Shown: positions 42,701-56,737 of the stretch, piece after piece | Numbering within the stretch: position 1 is the first letter of the stretch | How the letters are laid out: each line of letters begins with the position of its first letter | DNA from: Geosiphon pyriformis uo1 | Lineage: Eukaryota > Fungi > Glomeromycota | Direction: 5' to 3' | Assembly: GCA_016748015.1 (NCBI GenBank) | Contig: JAAOMT010000400.1 | Coordinates: forward strand, 124,001 to 188,000 | Length of the DNA stretch: 64,000 bases | Notes under the pieces: model-generated | What the model was told of the DNA's origin: nothing | The model's input: the letters and a program-made list of their open reading frames with translations, nothing else | The model's database searches: none | Made by a program: the position numbers and the translations under genes

Positions 42701-43458
42701 ATAATAATAAGTTTAAAAATAAATAAAAACAAAATAATAATTTTTACTAAATTTAATTAAATTTTGGTCACTTGTATAAATTATTGGTTTAATTTTTACA
42801 TAATAGTAATTTTAAATTATATAAACACAGTTTATTATTAAATTTGCAATTTCATTTTTAAAATTCATTTTTTTTAATTTGAAATTTTATGTAATATTCT
42901 ATGTTATTTTCAAAAATCCCCAATTTTTCTCAAATTTCACAATTTCAATTATATTTGAGCCTTATTGAATCTTTGCATTAACCTTTTATTAACAAAATCA
43001 AATGACATATCATCAATTTGAAAAACTCGTCACATTTTTTCGTGCCTGGATTGCTTGATTCATGTTCAATCTAATATTAATGATAATCTCATTTTTAAGA
43101 ATTACCGAGATGACGGCTTTCAGGATATAGGCTTTAAACTTCTACGGAAACTTTCTTGCAATAACCAAATTGGCGTTGTACTTGGCAGCCACATTATAGA
43201 TTCATACTAATAGATTGATAATAGCAATTCCCATTGAAATTAACGCAACATTTTTTATTGAACAGGGAATTTTGGTCCAAAGCAGGCATTTCAAATGTTT
43301 TTATACTCATTAAATATTATACCACACGATTAAAAAAGTCATTGGAGCTATTAAGTTTGCTAAACGTTAATTATCCAAAAAGACAAACTTTCATTCGGTT
43401 ATTGATGAGATTGTCAGTTTAGGAAGCTTGAGGTTTTTGTTCAGGATGGATGGAATGT

Positions 43459-43589
43459 TCAATCAGATTCGGATTCTTTTGACTTCATCGAGTTCTTTTC
43501 ACTTTGATCACCTTGTCCAATCTTTCGCTTTTTTATCTTGCATTTTCCTTTTTGTTTCTCAATTTCTTTTTCTATATCTATAACGTCCG

Positions 43590-43636
<47 letters not shown>

Positions 43637-44415
43637 CAATTATTATTTCTCTGGGCTACCCGTTGTTCAACCACTTGTTCGGTCAATCGTGAGACAATTG
43701 CTTTGAGTGATTCATTTTCGATCTTTAACGCCTCATTCTCCTTGGTCAAATGAGTTGTTTCCCGCGTTAAGGTGAAAATTTTCTCTTGCATATCCTTTTC
43801 CAATGCTTGTTTTTTTGCCCGATACTTCTTGCTGGCAAGTAGATTACGATGACGTCGATCTTGAAGTAAGATTTGAGCTGTTGGATGAAAATTATCTTCC
43901 TGAGATGATCCAGAATCGATTATATCTGGTTCCACCTGCTCCTTTTCTTTGTTGGGAAAAGAACCCTCTTCGATATTAGAGGATATTATCAATGCCAACG
44001 TTGATGTCGTAGGTGCCGTTTGAGGAAACCTTGACACGTGTGAAGAAAAATATGTAGGAATTGTTGAACATTCGATTTGCTTTGAAGTTTCTTGTTTGTT
44101 TTCTTGCGTTTGTATATCATTTACGTTTTTTCGTAAATCGAGAGGCATGGGTTTTCCTAAGATACAACTTGAGCTTTGGTCAAACGAAGGCGGATTGGTG
44201 TTTCGAGTTTCTTGATAGCCGTTAATAGGAATTGGAAATATTTCTGCTTCGCATAAATCCTTTACCGATAATCTTTTGGGTATGTTACATTTGCCACTTA
44301 CGGCGTATGCAACTGTCTCTTGAGGCCGAGAGGGGATGATTTGATGAGGGTTACTAGAATTCGTCATAAAACCGCGTCTTTCAAAAGACCTTGAAGAAGT
44401 TAAGTTATTTTGCAT
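43459..44415 (-). CDS. bZIP transcription factor (318 aa, intronless) with poly-Asn tract
   Basis: Basic region RRHRNLLASKKYRAKK followed by a leucine zipper (M..L..L..L..L); an (AAT)n run encodes poly-N. Confidence 0.88.
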
Positions 44416-45329
44416 GATTGATGCTATTTGATGCTCTTAAGTTTTTTTTATCAATATCTCAATTTTTAGGGAAAAGAGTGAAAAGCCAGAAAAGAGAGGG
44501 AATCTGAGCGTTTAAACCTTTATCAATGACCAAAAAGGGCATTTACTGCCCATATGCGGTTTTCACGAGATAACAGTAGGAGAATATTCCTGAATGCGAC
44601 GAACAAACAATGAAGCAAAAAACACGTCTACAAGATGAGTTCATAAAATAAACTCAATATACTATTGTTAGAATATCAATTGATTTGTCATTTCAAATTG
44701 CGATGAGTCCCAAAAGCACGCACTGATGTCAACGAGGAAATCAATTTTTGCAAGTCAAATGGCATCATAGTTAAGCTCACATCAACTGTATAAATAATTC
44801 TTTTGAACAGTGTTTTTTGTTTCTTTTCCACATGTCAAGGTGACCCATATAGTAAAAGATAGATAATTGTTGCGGAAGGATTATATCTTCTTTCCCATAG
44901 CCTCAGAGCCATAGCCCAACTTCACGATCCAAAAGATGGATGAGCAAATAATTGCCAAAAAAAAACTTGTTTTTGGGAATGTGAAAATAACAATGATATT
45001 CTTACACCGTCATAATGTCGCGATGAGACCACAGTGTTTTTTCCCTGTTCTCATTCTTTTTGTCCAACTAAAGTTTGACGCCCGTAGTTCCCTGGAAATG
45101 TTTTCTCGGCGTCACAAATTAAATTTCCCACGCTTGATGAATACTGCGAGGATAATGGAAAATGAACAGACTCAAGTTACGCGAACCAATACGTGACAGA
45201 ATTAATCATATGCAGAACAATACCCAATCATCATCAATTAGTAATTTATTCGTCATCGTCGATGAATTTAATTGATTAGAATTTCCCACAAGATCTGTTT
45301 TTTTTTAAACATACACAGCGGTCTGCACC

Positions 45330-48112
45330 ATGGAAACAATTAATCAATTATTGCAAAGTGTTTCAACATCATCAAATCCCTTGATTCGAAGTTTTTGGTT
45401 GGGAAAATTATTTCAAAATTCAAACATTTTTCAAAAATATCAAGAGAATGAAGCAGAGATCAAATGGATAATGAGCCAATGGACAAGTTGTCTAACTCCA
45501 AGAGTCAAAGAATTGATTATTGAAAGAAACAAAGAAATACACTGTACCAATCATTGTATGGATCCAAGCCTTGTTGACTCTATTCTTGACCCAGTAACCT
45601 GTCTACTTTCCCAGAATGTCTTTGATGAAATATGGGATAGTACGTGTTTTTATCCTCGATTTTTTGACCAACTGTATAATTTGATAATTTTCTCAATGTT
45701 TGAGCCTGAAATGATAGACAATATATGAATGCGTCTTTCGTGGAAATACTGACATCAAGTTCCACAAAAAACAATTAGACCACGAGGTGATAGAACCGAT
45801 TCCATATGATAGTATGACTACAGAGGTATTCAAAATTGCCGCGGGAAAAATCAAACGAATTGCAGATCATGTTGCGGCTGCTTTTGATACAAGAATGAAA
45901 TCACCTGATGACTTCGAGACCATATATGGAAATGAATTGTCATGGTTGGGGTATAAAGACGTATGGTTAAAAACTTAAAAGAACATCAACACATTATCAA
46001 ACACTTCAAGTTAGACCATCTTTTCACGTGATTAGATTTTCAAAGAATGTTTTAATTTATACCGCGAACAACACTATCTCACTTCCCTTCTGTTGGCCAT
46101 TTCCTCGTTGGAAAAGCTCTTGGGTGATGTAGGTATTTCACATATTGAATAATCTTCCACTTTTTACTGTGATCGACAAGCTTGAGTTAACAAGCATTTA
46201 CCCAGCATTGTTAAAGAAAATTTTATTGTTGACAGATTTTATTCACAGTCGGCAATGGATCAATAATCATCCCACCTTTGCTTCGAGAGCTTTTGATTGT
46301 CCCCGAACTTGTTGAACAATTGAGCTTGGCTATAATGTTTTTTCTTCGGTGTTTGATTGGTCCTCCAAATTCGATGAACCTTCGAAATATATTGTGGCAC
46401 GGATTCGTTAGTTCCGTAGAAATTTCGCCGGATCCTGCAAAGGCTTATTGTGCTTTGCTAATGATTATTGCTTTCACCATTTGTGATAGAGTGAAGAACA
46501 ATTATGCCCAAAAAAATGGGAAATTTCGGGAAAGACCTTGGGCAGATTTGGAGGGATATTATTTCGCAACCCAAACGGATGTCAATAGCATCACATCTTT
46601 TGGTGAATCAACTAGAAACTTTGATGTATCTTATGAACTCGTGATTTATGGTCATGGTAGGTTTCTGGATTCAAGATCTTTGGGGCATTTTATGAGGTGT
46701 TCTTGATATAATTTTCTTATTCGATTAGCTAATATACCCCAAGGCGAGGAAGTTGTGGTTCTTCAAGATCTATTGCCGTACTCTTTCTTTATTATTTCTA
46801 AATCACGTGCAGCATGGTCTCGATCCTTCCATCACCTATTGGACAAAAAGCCTCTTTTATTTCTTATTGATACTCTTCCATTACTAGAGCATTGTCTAAG
46901 AAAGTTATTCATATGTATCAATAAAGATGTGCGAGAAGATCTATTGTCCACAATGGAGCTTGGACAATATTTCTTGACATTGGATATTATACTGAAAAGG
47001 AAGATTTTATCAGCACATTTTGTAATCGATAGCAATGAAGAAAAGGAGAATGCCCTATACGATGAATTGGGGGGTGGAATCATGGTTGTTAAAAAATTTA
47101 CAATTGTTTGAAAGGTTTATCCCACAATTCACTAAACTTTGGTACTTTATTAGGATTTAATCCTTGATTTATTTGTCCATGCTGCCGGACCAAAACTTCG
47201 AAATCATATTGCTCATGGGGAAGCGAATAATTTAGTTTGGGCATCATCGGACCATTTTTATAAATATTATCTAGGACTTTTGATCGTTTTGTGGAATAAG
47301 TATAAATGCCCAATCCCTTTAATCGATAATAATGATTATTTCTTAGGAGATCCGGTAAAACTACCGGGGAATGTTATGACGCGTGAATATGAGGATTGGA
47401 TATCCCAATACAAATCACGATTTCATCCCATCCCCATCTTGCGAAAAGATTGCGTAAAGTTGATCACATGTATTTGGGAATGTTGGAAATTGGCAAGCTT
47501 GACGACTCAAGGGGGCAGATTCATTCTTGGTGGATTGCCTGAACTCTCAGACAAACTAAAATTTGGGGAATCAGGTGATGAACAGAGTATTTTTGAAATG
47601 GACTTCCTGAAGGGGCTCTTGCAAGCCGAATCCAAACATAGGGTCATGGAATTGTGTGGTCAAAAGCAAAAAAGTAATACTTCGACTTATTGGAGCAAAA
47701 CAAAGTTTTCCAACGAAGAGGCCAAAGTTATCAATTTCAGAAGGACAGTGATAAATAAGGCAATCGAAGGTGTCCAAAAAGTTAGTCTTTATGTGTTTTA
47801 TCAATATTTTTCTTTTTTAAGTTTATCTTATTTTCGTTCAAGATCCATTCTATTCTAGATTCAGTGCAAACGGCCTCTTCGCTTTCATCACGAAAGAGAA
47901 AAAACATTCAATCACTATTTTCTTTACTCCCATTAATTGTTCCCCAACTATTGTTTGGATTAAGGGTACTCGAACGGACACATAACCAAAAGTTGATGCT
48001 AACATTATTAGTTTTTGTGGAACGATGGTGCGGGAATGTTGTTGCGGGGACATGGAAAGATATTGAAGGAGCCTATAATGAGATGGTGGGAAAATATATG
48101 GCTTGGAAGTGA
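45330..48112 (+). CDS. ERMARD: ERMARD-like (DUF4209) ER membrane-associated RNA degradation protein, about 7 exons
   Basis: Spliced GT-AG exons give TSCLTPRV, SSLEKLLGD, PPLLRELL..LIGPPNSMNLRNILWHGF, LPLLEHCLR..YFLTLDIIL and DLFVHAAGPKLRNHIAHGE, matching the two NLRNxxxHG-type motifs of ERMARD. Approximate exons: 45330-45593, 45718-45960, 46036-46128, 46236-46656, 46729-47084, 47154-47780, 47843-48112. Confidence 0.85.
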
Positions 48113-48149
48113 TTTTCAAAAAAAAAATGCGAATTATGCCTGCAAGCAA

Positions 48150-48150
48150 A

Positions 48151-48184
<34 letters not shown>
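48150..48184 (+). repeat. (AAT)n microsatellite
   Basis: About 11 perfect AAT units. Confidence 0.95.
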
Positions 48185-48185
<1 letters not shown>

Positions 48186-48377
48186 AATTGAACTTTAATC
48201 ACGAAAACTTTATCAGATCAGCAGATATTTGATCAATGGTGATCTGAATCAAACCCAGTGATTAAAAAACATCAAATACGCGCGCGTCAGAATTATTGAA
48301 GGTTAATTACTTTGATAAAAATTGTCGTTCGTTCCCTCCTCGCTCACTATTAAAAAAAAAGCCCTATCACCATAAAA

Positions 48378-50050
48378 ATGGCGGAATTTGAGGCAACAGC
48401 TGAACAAAAAATACGCGAGGTTTTCGAAACGAAGACTCAGCAGGCAAATGGTCACCAGAAACAAGTGAATGGCCCTGTAAAAGAAATCGACGGGACCCAA
48501 AAGGATTTAACGGCTATTTCGGTAGATAAGGCGGTTGTGGAAACAATTTTCACGAGCGAGAAGTTCACTGAAACTGAGAATGACCATACCGCAACTGAAA
48601 CCTTACTTGTAAGGGAAAAGTTTGAATTATTAAAAAAAGACGTTTCAGTTGAAACGTTAGAAGTGAAAAAGACAACCATGTATGAAAAATGCGAGTTAGA
48701 CGAAACTCTTACGTCAAACAAAACAGTCATCAATACTCCGGATAAGAAGACAATTATCGAAAAAGTGAAAAAAATATCAATTGACGAAAATGTCACCAAC
48801 ACTATTGCTTATAATCAAAAGGTAGTCGAAGATATTCCTACTCATGAAACCTTTGTACAAACAGTTGCAACTAACAAGATAGTCACTGAATTGGATAAGG
48901 ACAATAAAGTCATTGAGAAAGTGACCATCAAAGACTTCGTGGAAAATGATGTCAAAGTAGAAATAGTTAAGGTTGAGAAAACAACTGTTGACCATGATCT
49001 CGAAGCAGATGATGCATTTATTAAAACTGAAATTAGTAAGAAAAGCACTTTTGAAACCCCAAAACGCGTGAAAACCCTTACCGATGTTGCGGTTGATGAG
49101 GACACCGAAATTATTTCACCTCTTGATAGTGCCAGCATTCCCAAGACCAGATTTGTTCACGAAAGGAGTCCGAGCTTTATTGACTTAAGCACAACTGCCC
49201 AACACGTAAAGTTGCCTTCTTTAGAACAAGATACATATCCCATTACTCCACGTGCCTCTAAAGACTATTCTTGGACCACCAAAATTCCAGAAAGGCCGCC
49301 TCAGGCAAGCCCAATTGCACCCCGTAATTGGCAAACTTCAACTCATGAAAAACGAGTGGTTCCTATATCTAATTGCAATAGCCAATCTTCCGAAGTCCCC
49401 GATGACTTAATTGAAAAGCTAGAAAGAGAAAAGGAGCAGCTAAATAAAAAAGTTGAGCATCTCAAGAAGACGATGGGTGAAGAGGTCAGCGAAGTACGGA
49501 AAAGAGCTGTTATCCAAGCAGTAGATGAAGGTGAATAACTGATTTATACAAAACTGATGGGGATGAAGTAGTTCTCGAGCGATCAGTTTTTTCACATATT
49601 AACGCGTTTTTATCGCTTAATTTATTATCAAAAAAAAGAAGGTGAATCCTCATTTGTAGCTTCACAACGCGTCCAGACCCTACTTCAACCAACCTCTCCT
49701 TCCTTGATCATTGTTGACGTTATTGAATCTATGTTTAATCCCGGTTTCAACAGCAACGTCGTGCTTTTCATGTCAATTATTTTCATGTTGCTATTCGTTT
49801 GCTTGATTTTTTTGATCGTCATAACAGATTTCAATGGCCATGTTATCGCGTTCCTTGGGCTGTCGATTCTATTCTTCTTAGGGCTTCATTGGTGATTTAT
49901 AATCTTTCATTACAAATAATTCTCGAATCATTACCTTCATGTCATCAATATTAACCCTCTTTTTTTAACAGGTTTATCGCGGATATAGCTCAAGCTCAGG
50001 CTGTTGAGGCGCTCAAACCTATGTCAAGTCACAAATCGGATCAGATATAA
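48378..50050 (+). CDS. Pkr1-domain (V-ATPase assembly factor-like) membrane protein with a ~400-aa charged N-terminal extension; 3 exons
   Basis: Exons 48378-49530, 49660-49891 and 49972-50050 splice in frame (GT-AG). The C-terminus VIESMFNPG..two TM helices..NGHVIAF..LHWFIADI fits Pkr1 (ESIFxPG..SIHF..WF). Confidence 0.75.
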
Positions 50051-53000
50051 AATAGCTGAATAATGTAACACCACCTTTGTATCCTTGATACCTATAATTT
50101 GTATAATATTTAGCTTTTTCCTTTCAAAAAATAGTATTATTTGCAGTGTTTTCTCGATAAGGGGCAACGATATTAGTACTTATGATAATAAAGCTGCTTA
50201 AAAAAGTGATGAAATTCATTTCGTACTCGGCTGCAACAAAACCTGAAAAAGTGAATTTTGGAGATTGGTGACTTGCCAATTAAGTTTTTTATTTTTTGAA
50301 AGTTTTATTTTATTGTTTATTTGAAATTAATTACCTAAGTTATATTATTTAGGGTGTTTTCGGGTTTTTTTTCTTATTTTTAAAGCATATTTTAATAAGC
50401 TGAACAACTTATTTTTTAACAGAAATTTTATGTGAATTTAATATTAATATTATGTTAGACAAATGTAAATTAAACACCAATTATTATTATTACACAATTC
50501 AATTATTGTACATTAAATTTGAATTGTATTACATATAATGTGTAATTAATTATTTAAATTAAACTTAAATTTAAAATTTTGTGCTTTTATTTTGTTTATA
50601 ACACAATTTAAATAACTATTATTTTAAACAAACTTAATTATTTATAAATAAATAGCTTTTTTATTAAGTTTGTTTTATTTATTGTTATTTAAACTAATTT
50701 TTATTACATTTATTTTTTTATTTAACAAAATTATTAAATAAATTAAAAATTATATTAACAATATTAGTAATTTAATTTTTCAAAAAAAAAGAGTTGAATA
50801 TTTTAAGTTTAATTATAAAATTAAAGTTTTATTTTTATAAAAAAACAGATTTATGTTTGGTGTTTTTAAAAAAATCAACAGCAATTTTAATAAAAAAAAT
50901 ATATTGCTTTTTTGTTGCTTTATCTTTTTTGGTTATTTGAATAATAAAAACCAGTTTTAATGTATTCAATTAAAGAAAAATTTATAGCTATAAAATGTGC
51001 TTAAAACAATTAAAAACTACTTTGTTTTAAAAATATTTAAAAAAAGTATTTTTACAATACTTTGCTTAATTGTCTTTGTGTTAATAATGTTTAATAAAAT
51101 TCTACTAATTGTAATTTTCTTTATGCAATGGTTTGGCGCGCTCAACATTTAAAGCCAATAATTACATATACTTTATTTGCAAAACACGATTATATTATCT
51201 CCTTATTATGCTTTCTATTTTTTGTGGCATCACTATAACAAAGGCTAAAGGGCCAAGTATATGATTATTTCAAATTATAAATGGATAATAAAATTCCCAA
51301 TGAAGCTTTTTATCTTAAATTTGTAAAAGAATATTTGTATTTACTTGGTTACGGATGGAATTCAAAGAGCTGTCAACACACAGCCATAAATAAGCAACAG
51401 AAAAGAACCAATTTTAAACAAAACATCCCCCTTCTCTTTATTCCTCAGTTAAGATAATTCTTTTCTGTTACAAGTTTCAACATCTATCTATTACTGATAA
51501 TTGTATTGACGATACTATTGCCTTCATCCCAAGGTTTCCACGGCTTCGCTAATGGTGCAATATTTAAGCTTGTCGTAAACAATGGCTCGTCAATGTGTTT
51601 GCATTTATGATGAGCAGCAGGTCTGACATCGTTGACGTCAAAAATTTGTTAAAGGGATTATGGCAGATTCGACGTTTCTGTGTAAATTGTTATAACCCTT
51701 TTTTGATGACAAAATTTTTTTTCAAAACCTTGATCAATTTTTAAGCCTCCCAGTCAATCTAGCATATCACACGTGTTCTTATTTTTGAAAACATCAAATA
51801 AGAATAAAATTTAAAATTATGGAGAAATCAAACTCCCAATAGTTACCAATTACTATAAATATTGGTTACATGTTTTTTCAAAAATATGCTTTCTGGACAC
51901 AAATATAATGACAACAAGATAATACCAAAAGGAAATCACTCATATCTTCTATTGTTGAAATAATCGTTTTAATGTTAGAAATTCTGTGAAACCTAGAACA
52001 GCCTCGTGGTTTTGGTCATGAATTTTCTATCCTACAATGGACTGGAAGCCCACCACAATCATTTGAGCTCAGGAAGATAAATGATATTTCTTTAAAAAGA
52101 TGATATAAGAAAAACCGAACCTTTTCTTCCAAAGCAATGCACACGTCCGGATCCAGCTCCTTGGCACCGTCAAAAAGCGACAATTCCAAGTGCAATCGAG
52201 GACATACCATAGTTCGACGAATGACCATGGAGGTTTAGAAACTCAAATCCTATGCTCTTTAGGTGAGTCATGAGATTGCAAAAGATCGGTTCAAAAGTTG
52301 GGTTTCTTGGGACCCAAAAGTCAAACCACACTTTATAGCAAGTTTACCAGTAAAACTCGGATAAATTGATCTGGTTTGTAAAGGAATTAGAACTAGAAGG
52401 ACGATGCACGTTTGTTTTCGTGAAAATCCTCGCATGTAAGATCACATGTTCACTTTGCGAGTATGAAAATATTTCAATAATAATCGGCTGCATATCCTTT
52501 AGGAAAGACAATGAGATTTCTGTAAATAGAACCATTCAACATTTGGTGAAACATCAAAGGTTTAATCTGTAATGGAACGGGGCCATTTATACCATATTCC
52601 AAATGGAATAACCTCTAAAAAAATCTGGACGAGTGAGTCACCATGAGTAGTACATCTGTGTAAGCCCACGTGATGGAAGCAGTTTTTAGATAAGGTTCCA
52701 AAGATGATGAAACACCCGTTCAACTCCATCAAACAATTTAATCCGCAAGAGGCCGTTCGAAAGTTCAAAAGGTTCGCTCACACTTTTTGCCTATCGTTCT
52801 AAACTACGTCAAATGATGTCGTTCTGTTATAACAATATAAATGGCCAAAAACGGTCTCCAATTAGGCATCACAAAAACAACCTTCCCTTTTGAGTTTGAA
52901 ACAGGGAAGTGGAGATTACAATATTGATGCAATATGTCTATCGTATTAATATATACCGCAACAATCTTTTTTAAAAACGAAAAGTGATCGGACTTTAAAT

Positions 53001-53634
53001 TTGAAAACGGTAATGTTTGTTTTGATGAAACAACCAGTAGCAGACTCGAGAAGAAGCTTGCGGACCTACAATGCGCTGGGGTAACTTCAATCTTATGATA
53101 ATTAGTGAGCTTTCAAAATCACAGATCATGATGAATGGCATAGAGCGATTACGCCGTATCTAACTGATGTTGTTAATAAGTAAAAAAAATTGAAAACTCC
53201 AACCCATACCGTTTTCGCTACTATTATTATTATTATTATTACCACTACCGTTATTAAAAGACTCCCCTTGCTTTTCAACTTTAAAAACCAGCAATATTTG
53301 ATATAAATAACTGCTGGCAATTGCAAACCTCTGCCTGTTGTAAAATAGTGTTTTTCTGGAACTCTAATTCTCCCTTCGGATTTTTTTTATTTTACTTCAA
53401 CAAACCACCCCCCCCCCCAAACCAGGAAATAGAGAAACTAAATTCTCACTCTTACTATTTGGTACTTTTTGAAAACAGAATTAACATTCAATTCATTCGA
53501 CAAACAATAAGAATAAAACATTAACAGCTTATCTTCCCAATAAAAAATATTTTGTGAATAACGAAAATTTTAATTATACCTTCTACATTTATCCTTCCTA
53601 GGCTTCTTTGCATAAAATTTTAAGCGACAAAAAT

Positions 53635-55582
53635 ATGTTGGAGACAGCAACAAACGGACGAAAAAAATATCCACAAGTACGTTCTGAACTTCTTGATTCA
53701 ACAGCAAATTCTATTGGTGCTGGGCTAGAATCATTCAAGACTACAATCGAACTCACGCTGGAACGTTTGGCAAAGCATTTACGAGAGCAGAATCATCGTC
53801 AAAATCGATCAATGACCGAAGAAATGGCTCTCAGCTCTCCCGAAAAGCAAATGGACAGTTTTTGTTCTATTTCAACAAAGCTCTCAAAACCAAGTGAGCC
53901 TTTACCTGTTCTCTCCACAGTAAAAATACCTAAAAAACATATTCGTAGTCACACGCACCAAGTCGCACCGATGATACAAAGATTCACGCCTTTACCAGAG
54001 CATTCAACCCCGGTCTGTAAAGATCATAATTCTCGTCCATCTATACATACACGGAGGTTCTCAACACCTGATACAATAGAAAAAGCTAGACCTTATCACT
54101 ATAATCATGCGGATCTCCCCAGTAGTTTGCGAAATAGGATTTCTTCTGATCCTGCCAATTACAATAAGATTGTTGCCGATTCCTTTCCACAAAGTAATCT
54201 CAGTCAGCATCCATCCATCAATAAAAACTCCGTTTTACCAGATAGTCGCATGATCCTTGATGCACCCTCAATAGAGATCACATCTGTACCAAACATAAGG
54301 CCTCAACCACGAATAACTACGACATTTGGTAGTGATAACGTTAAACCAAAGATCAATTCACATCATCGAGTATTATCAGACGATGACGGGCTCGCAACCT
54401 TACCAAGTCCTGCTACCGGAGCTGAAGATAATCAAGTTCCAGATAGTTCAACCGATTCATCTAAATCATCATCGGTGACGTTTTCAACCCATATGGCTTG
54501 TAATGATTCGAGGGCAAAAACCTCAAAAGGTTTTAAAGATCCCCAGTGTCAAATTGACAGTCAATCTCAAATCAAAAAATCTGAGGATCATTCATTGCAG
54601 CAAAGTTTCGTAAACCTTGGGTTGGAAGAAACCTCCGAGAACATAAGTCATTATTTAATAATAAAAACAATTGGAAAAGGTTCCTTTTCCGAAGTAAAAC
54701 TTGCTCTGGATTTAAACACTAATGAAAGGGTAGCAATAAAGATGATTTCTATAAAGGGGATTCAAGACAGTGAACGACTAAAAACCTGTGTTTCCCGCGA
54801 AGTAGAACTTTTGAAGGTAAAATTTAAAGGAATTTTACATTGTTAATCATTCTCTAAAGCATTGAGGCTTCTAAAATTTCACCTTAAATTAAAACTGAAA
54901 TTTACAGTTTATGGATCATCCCAACATAGTAAGGTTAATTGACACTGTTGACACGCCTACCCATTTGTGTCTTGTTGTAGAATACATTTCCGGTGGAGAA
55001 CTGTTTGATTATGTTAACGATCACTTTGAAGAAACTACAGAGGATGATGCAAAGCCTATTTTTCTCCAATTGCTAGATGTGGTGGCCTATCTTCACGACA
55101 ACAATATCGTTCACCGTGATTTAAAGCCCGAAAACATATTGCTTACTGAACGGCAACCTTGTTCAACTCGACCAATTATCAAGCTCACGGATTTTGGGTT
55201 GGCAAAATTTATAGATCCTCAATCACCTAACCTTACAACCCGTTGTGGGTCTGAAGAGTATGCCGCGCCAGAAATTATATTAGGCAGACCTTATGATGGG
55301 CGAAAGACCGACATATGGGCTTTAGGTATTATTCTGTACGCATTATTATCAGGGTCCTTGCCATTCAACATGGAAGTTGGACAAAAGCGACGTCACTTCT
55401 TTAGCAAAATTGTTCAAGCCAATTACGAATTTCCTGATCCACGACACGAAACCGGACGTAGGAGTAAAATCAGTCAAGAAGGCAAAGATCTTGTGAGGAT
55501 GATTTTACAGGTCAACCCTAAAAAACGAGCAACTTTAAATCAAATCAGAGAGCATCCATGGTTAGCCGGTGTGGTTATCTAA
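53635..55582 (+). CDS. CAMK-group Ser/Thr protein kinase, Prr1/Kin4-like, with a long disordered N-terminus; 2 coding exons
   Basis: GKGSFSEV, VAIK, HRDLKPEN, DFG and TRCGSEEYAAPE..PYDGRKTDIWALG motifs. Intron 54817-54907. An acceptor-like CCTAG at ~53601 allows an upstream exon. Confidence 0.93.
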
Positions 55583-56737
55583 AAGTAAGGGAGACGGATG
55601 ATCCAGGCTGAAAGAAAAATGCAAACGGCAAGACACGACCTGAACATTAGATATCATGGTATTCATTCTGAAACGAACCATTTCTCGCAACCCTCAGTTG
55701 GGTTTCCTTCGTAAAGACCGGGTGAGGGAAACAATTTCTTAAATCCGTAGTAGGTTTTTTTATTTGATGTGTTGCTTTTTTAAAGACAATCACATTCCAA
55801 TAGACCTTCGGCAAATAGGTTTTGTAATGTCAATCATATAGAGTATTCTTTTATTTAGTTTAGCGATATATAGTACACTTGAACTTTATATGCTTTCCAT
55901 GTTTACCCACCCACTATTGAAGGACTTGTATGATGTCGCGTGCTGCATATGTACATTTTGGTTTCCATTGAATTATATTTTCTAGATAAAATAAATATTT
56001 TTACCAAAAAGACAATTTTTAAATTTTTTTCTTAAACAGAAAGAAATTCGGTTTGTTATCACAATAATATTGCATGTAATATAAACTATCTGAAATTATA
56101 ATTCAAACAGTTTTTAAAGTTGATGAAAATAAATTTAATTAAATGTCTTTTTAACTTAATATAAACAAACATTTAAAACAATTAGACAAGATTGTTTGTT
56201 TATAATAATATCATAATATCAATAGAAAAACCAAGATTGTTTGTTTTTAATAATATCATAATATATATCAACAGAAAAACCTGATTATTCAATTTCATTT
56301 TTTAATACAAATATTTAATACAAATATTTAAGACATTATTTTTAACACTATTATTTTTTGAAACAATTAGTTTAAGTTTAAAAAAATTTTCATGTCTTTT
56401 TAATTTGGTTAAATTTAATTTGAAATTTCAACGAAAAAATATATATAATTTACAATATTTTTGGGTGAAAATCTTTTTACTTTTAACATATTAAGCTTAA
56501 AAAAACAATATTTAATATTTGTGACATATAATTAAATTACAAATTGTAATATAACTTTATCATTATTATTATTATTATTATTATTAAATTTTCATATTAA
56601 AAATTTTTGATTTTACAATTTTTGATAAATATAATAAAAATTTTGATTTTATAAGGCTCAAATAATAATATCAAATAGGATTTCAATTAAAATTATTATT
56701 TTTAATATTTAATGATTTTCTTCCTAACCGTTTAAAA

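Noticed and set aside
44936-45196. 86-aa ORF upstream of ERMARD
   Set aside because: No recognisable motif; lies in the divergent promoter region between the bZIP and ERMARD genes.
52492-52500. ATATCCTTT (AT-AC donor consensus)
   Set aside because: No supporting exon or branch site identified; expected by chance.
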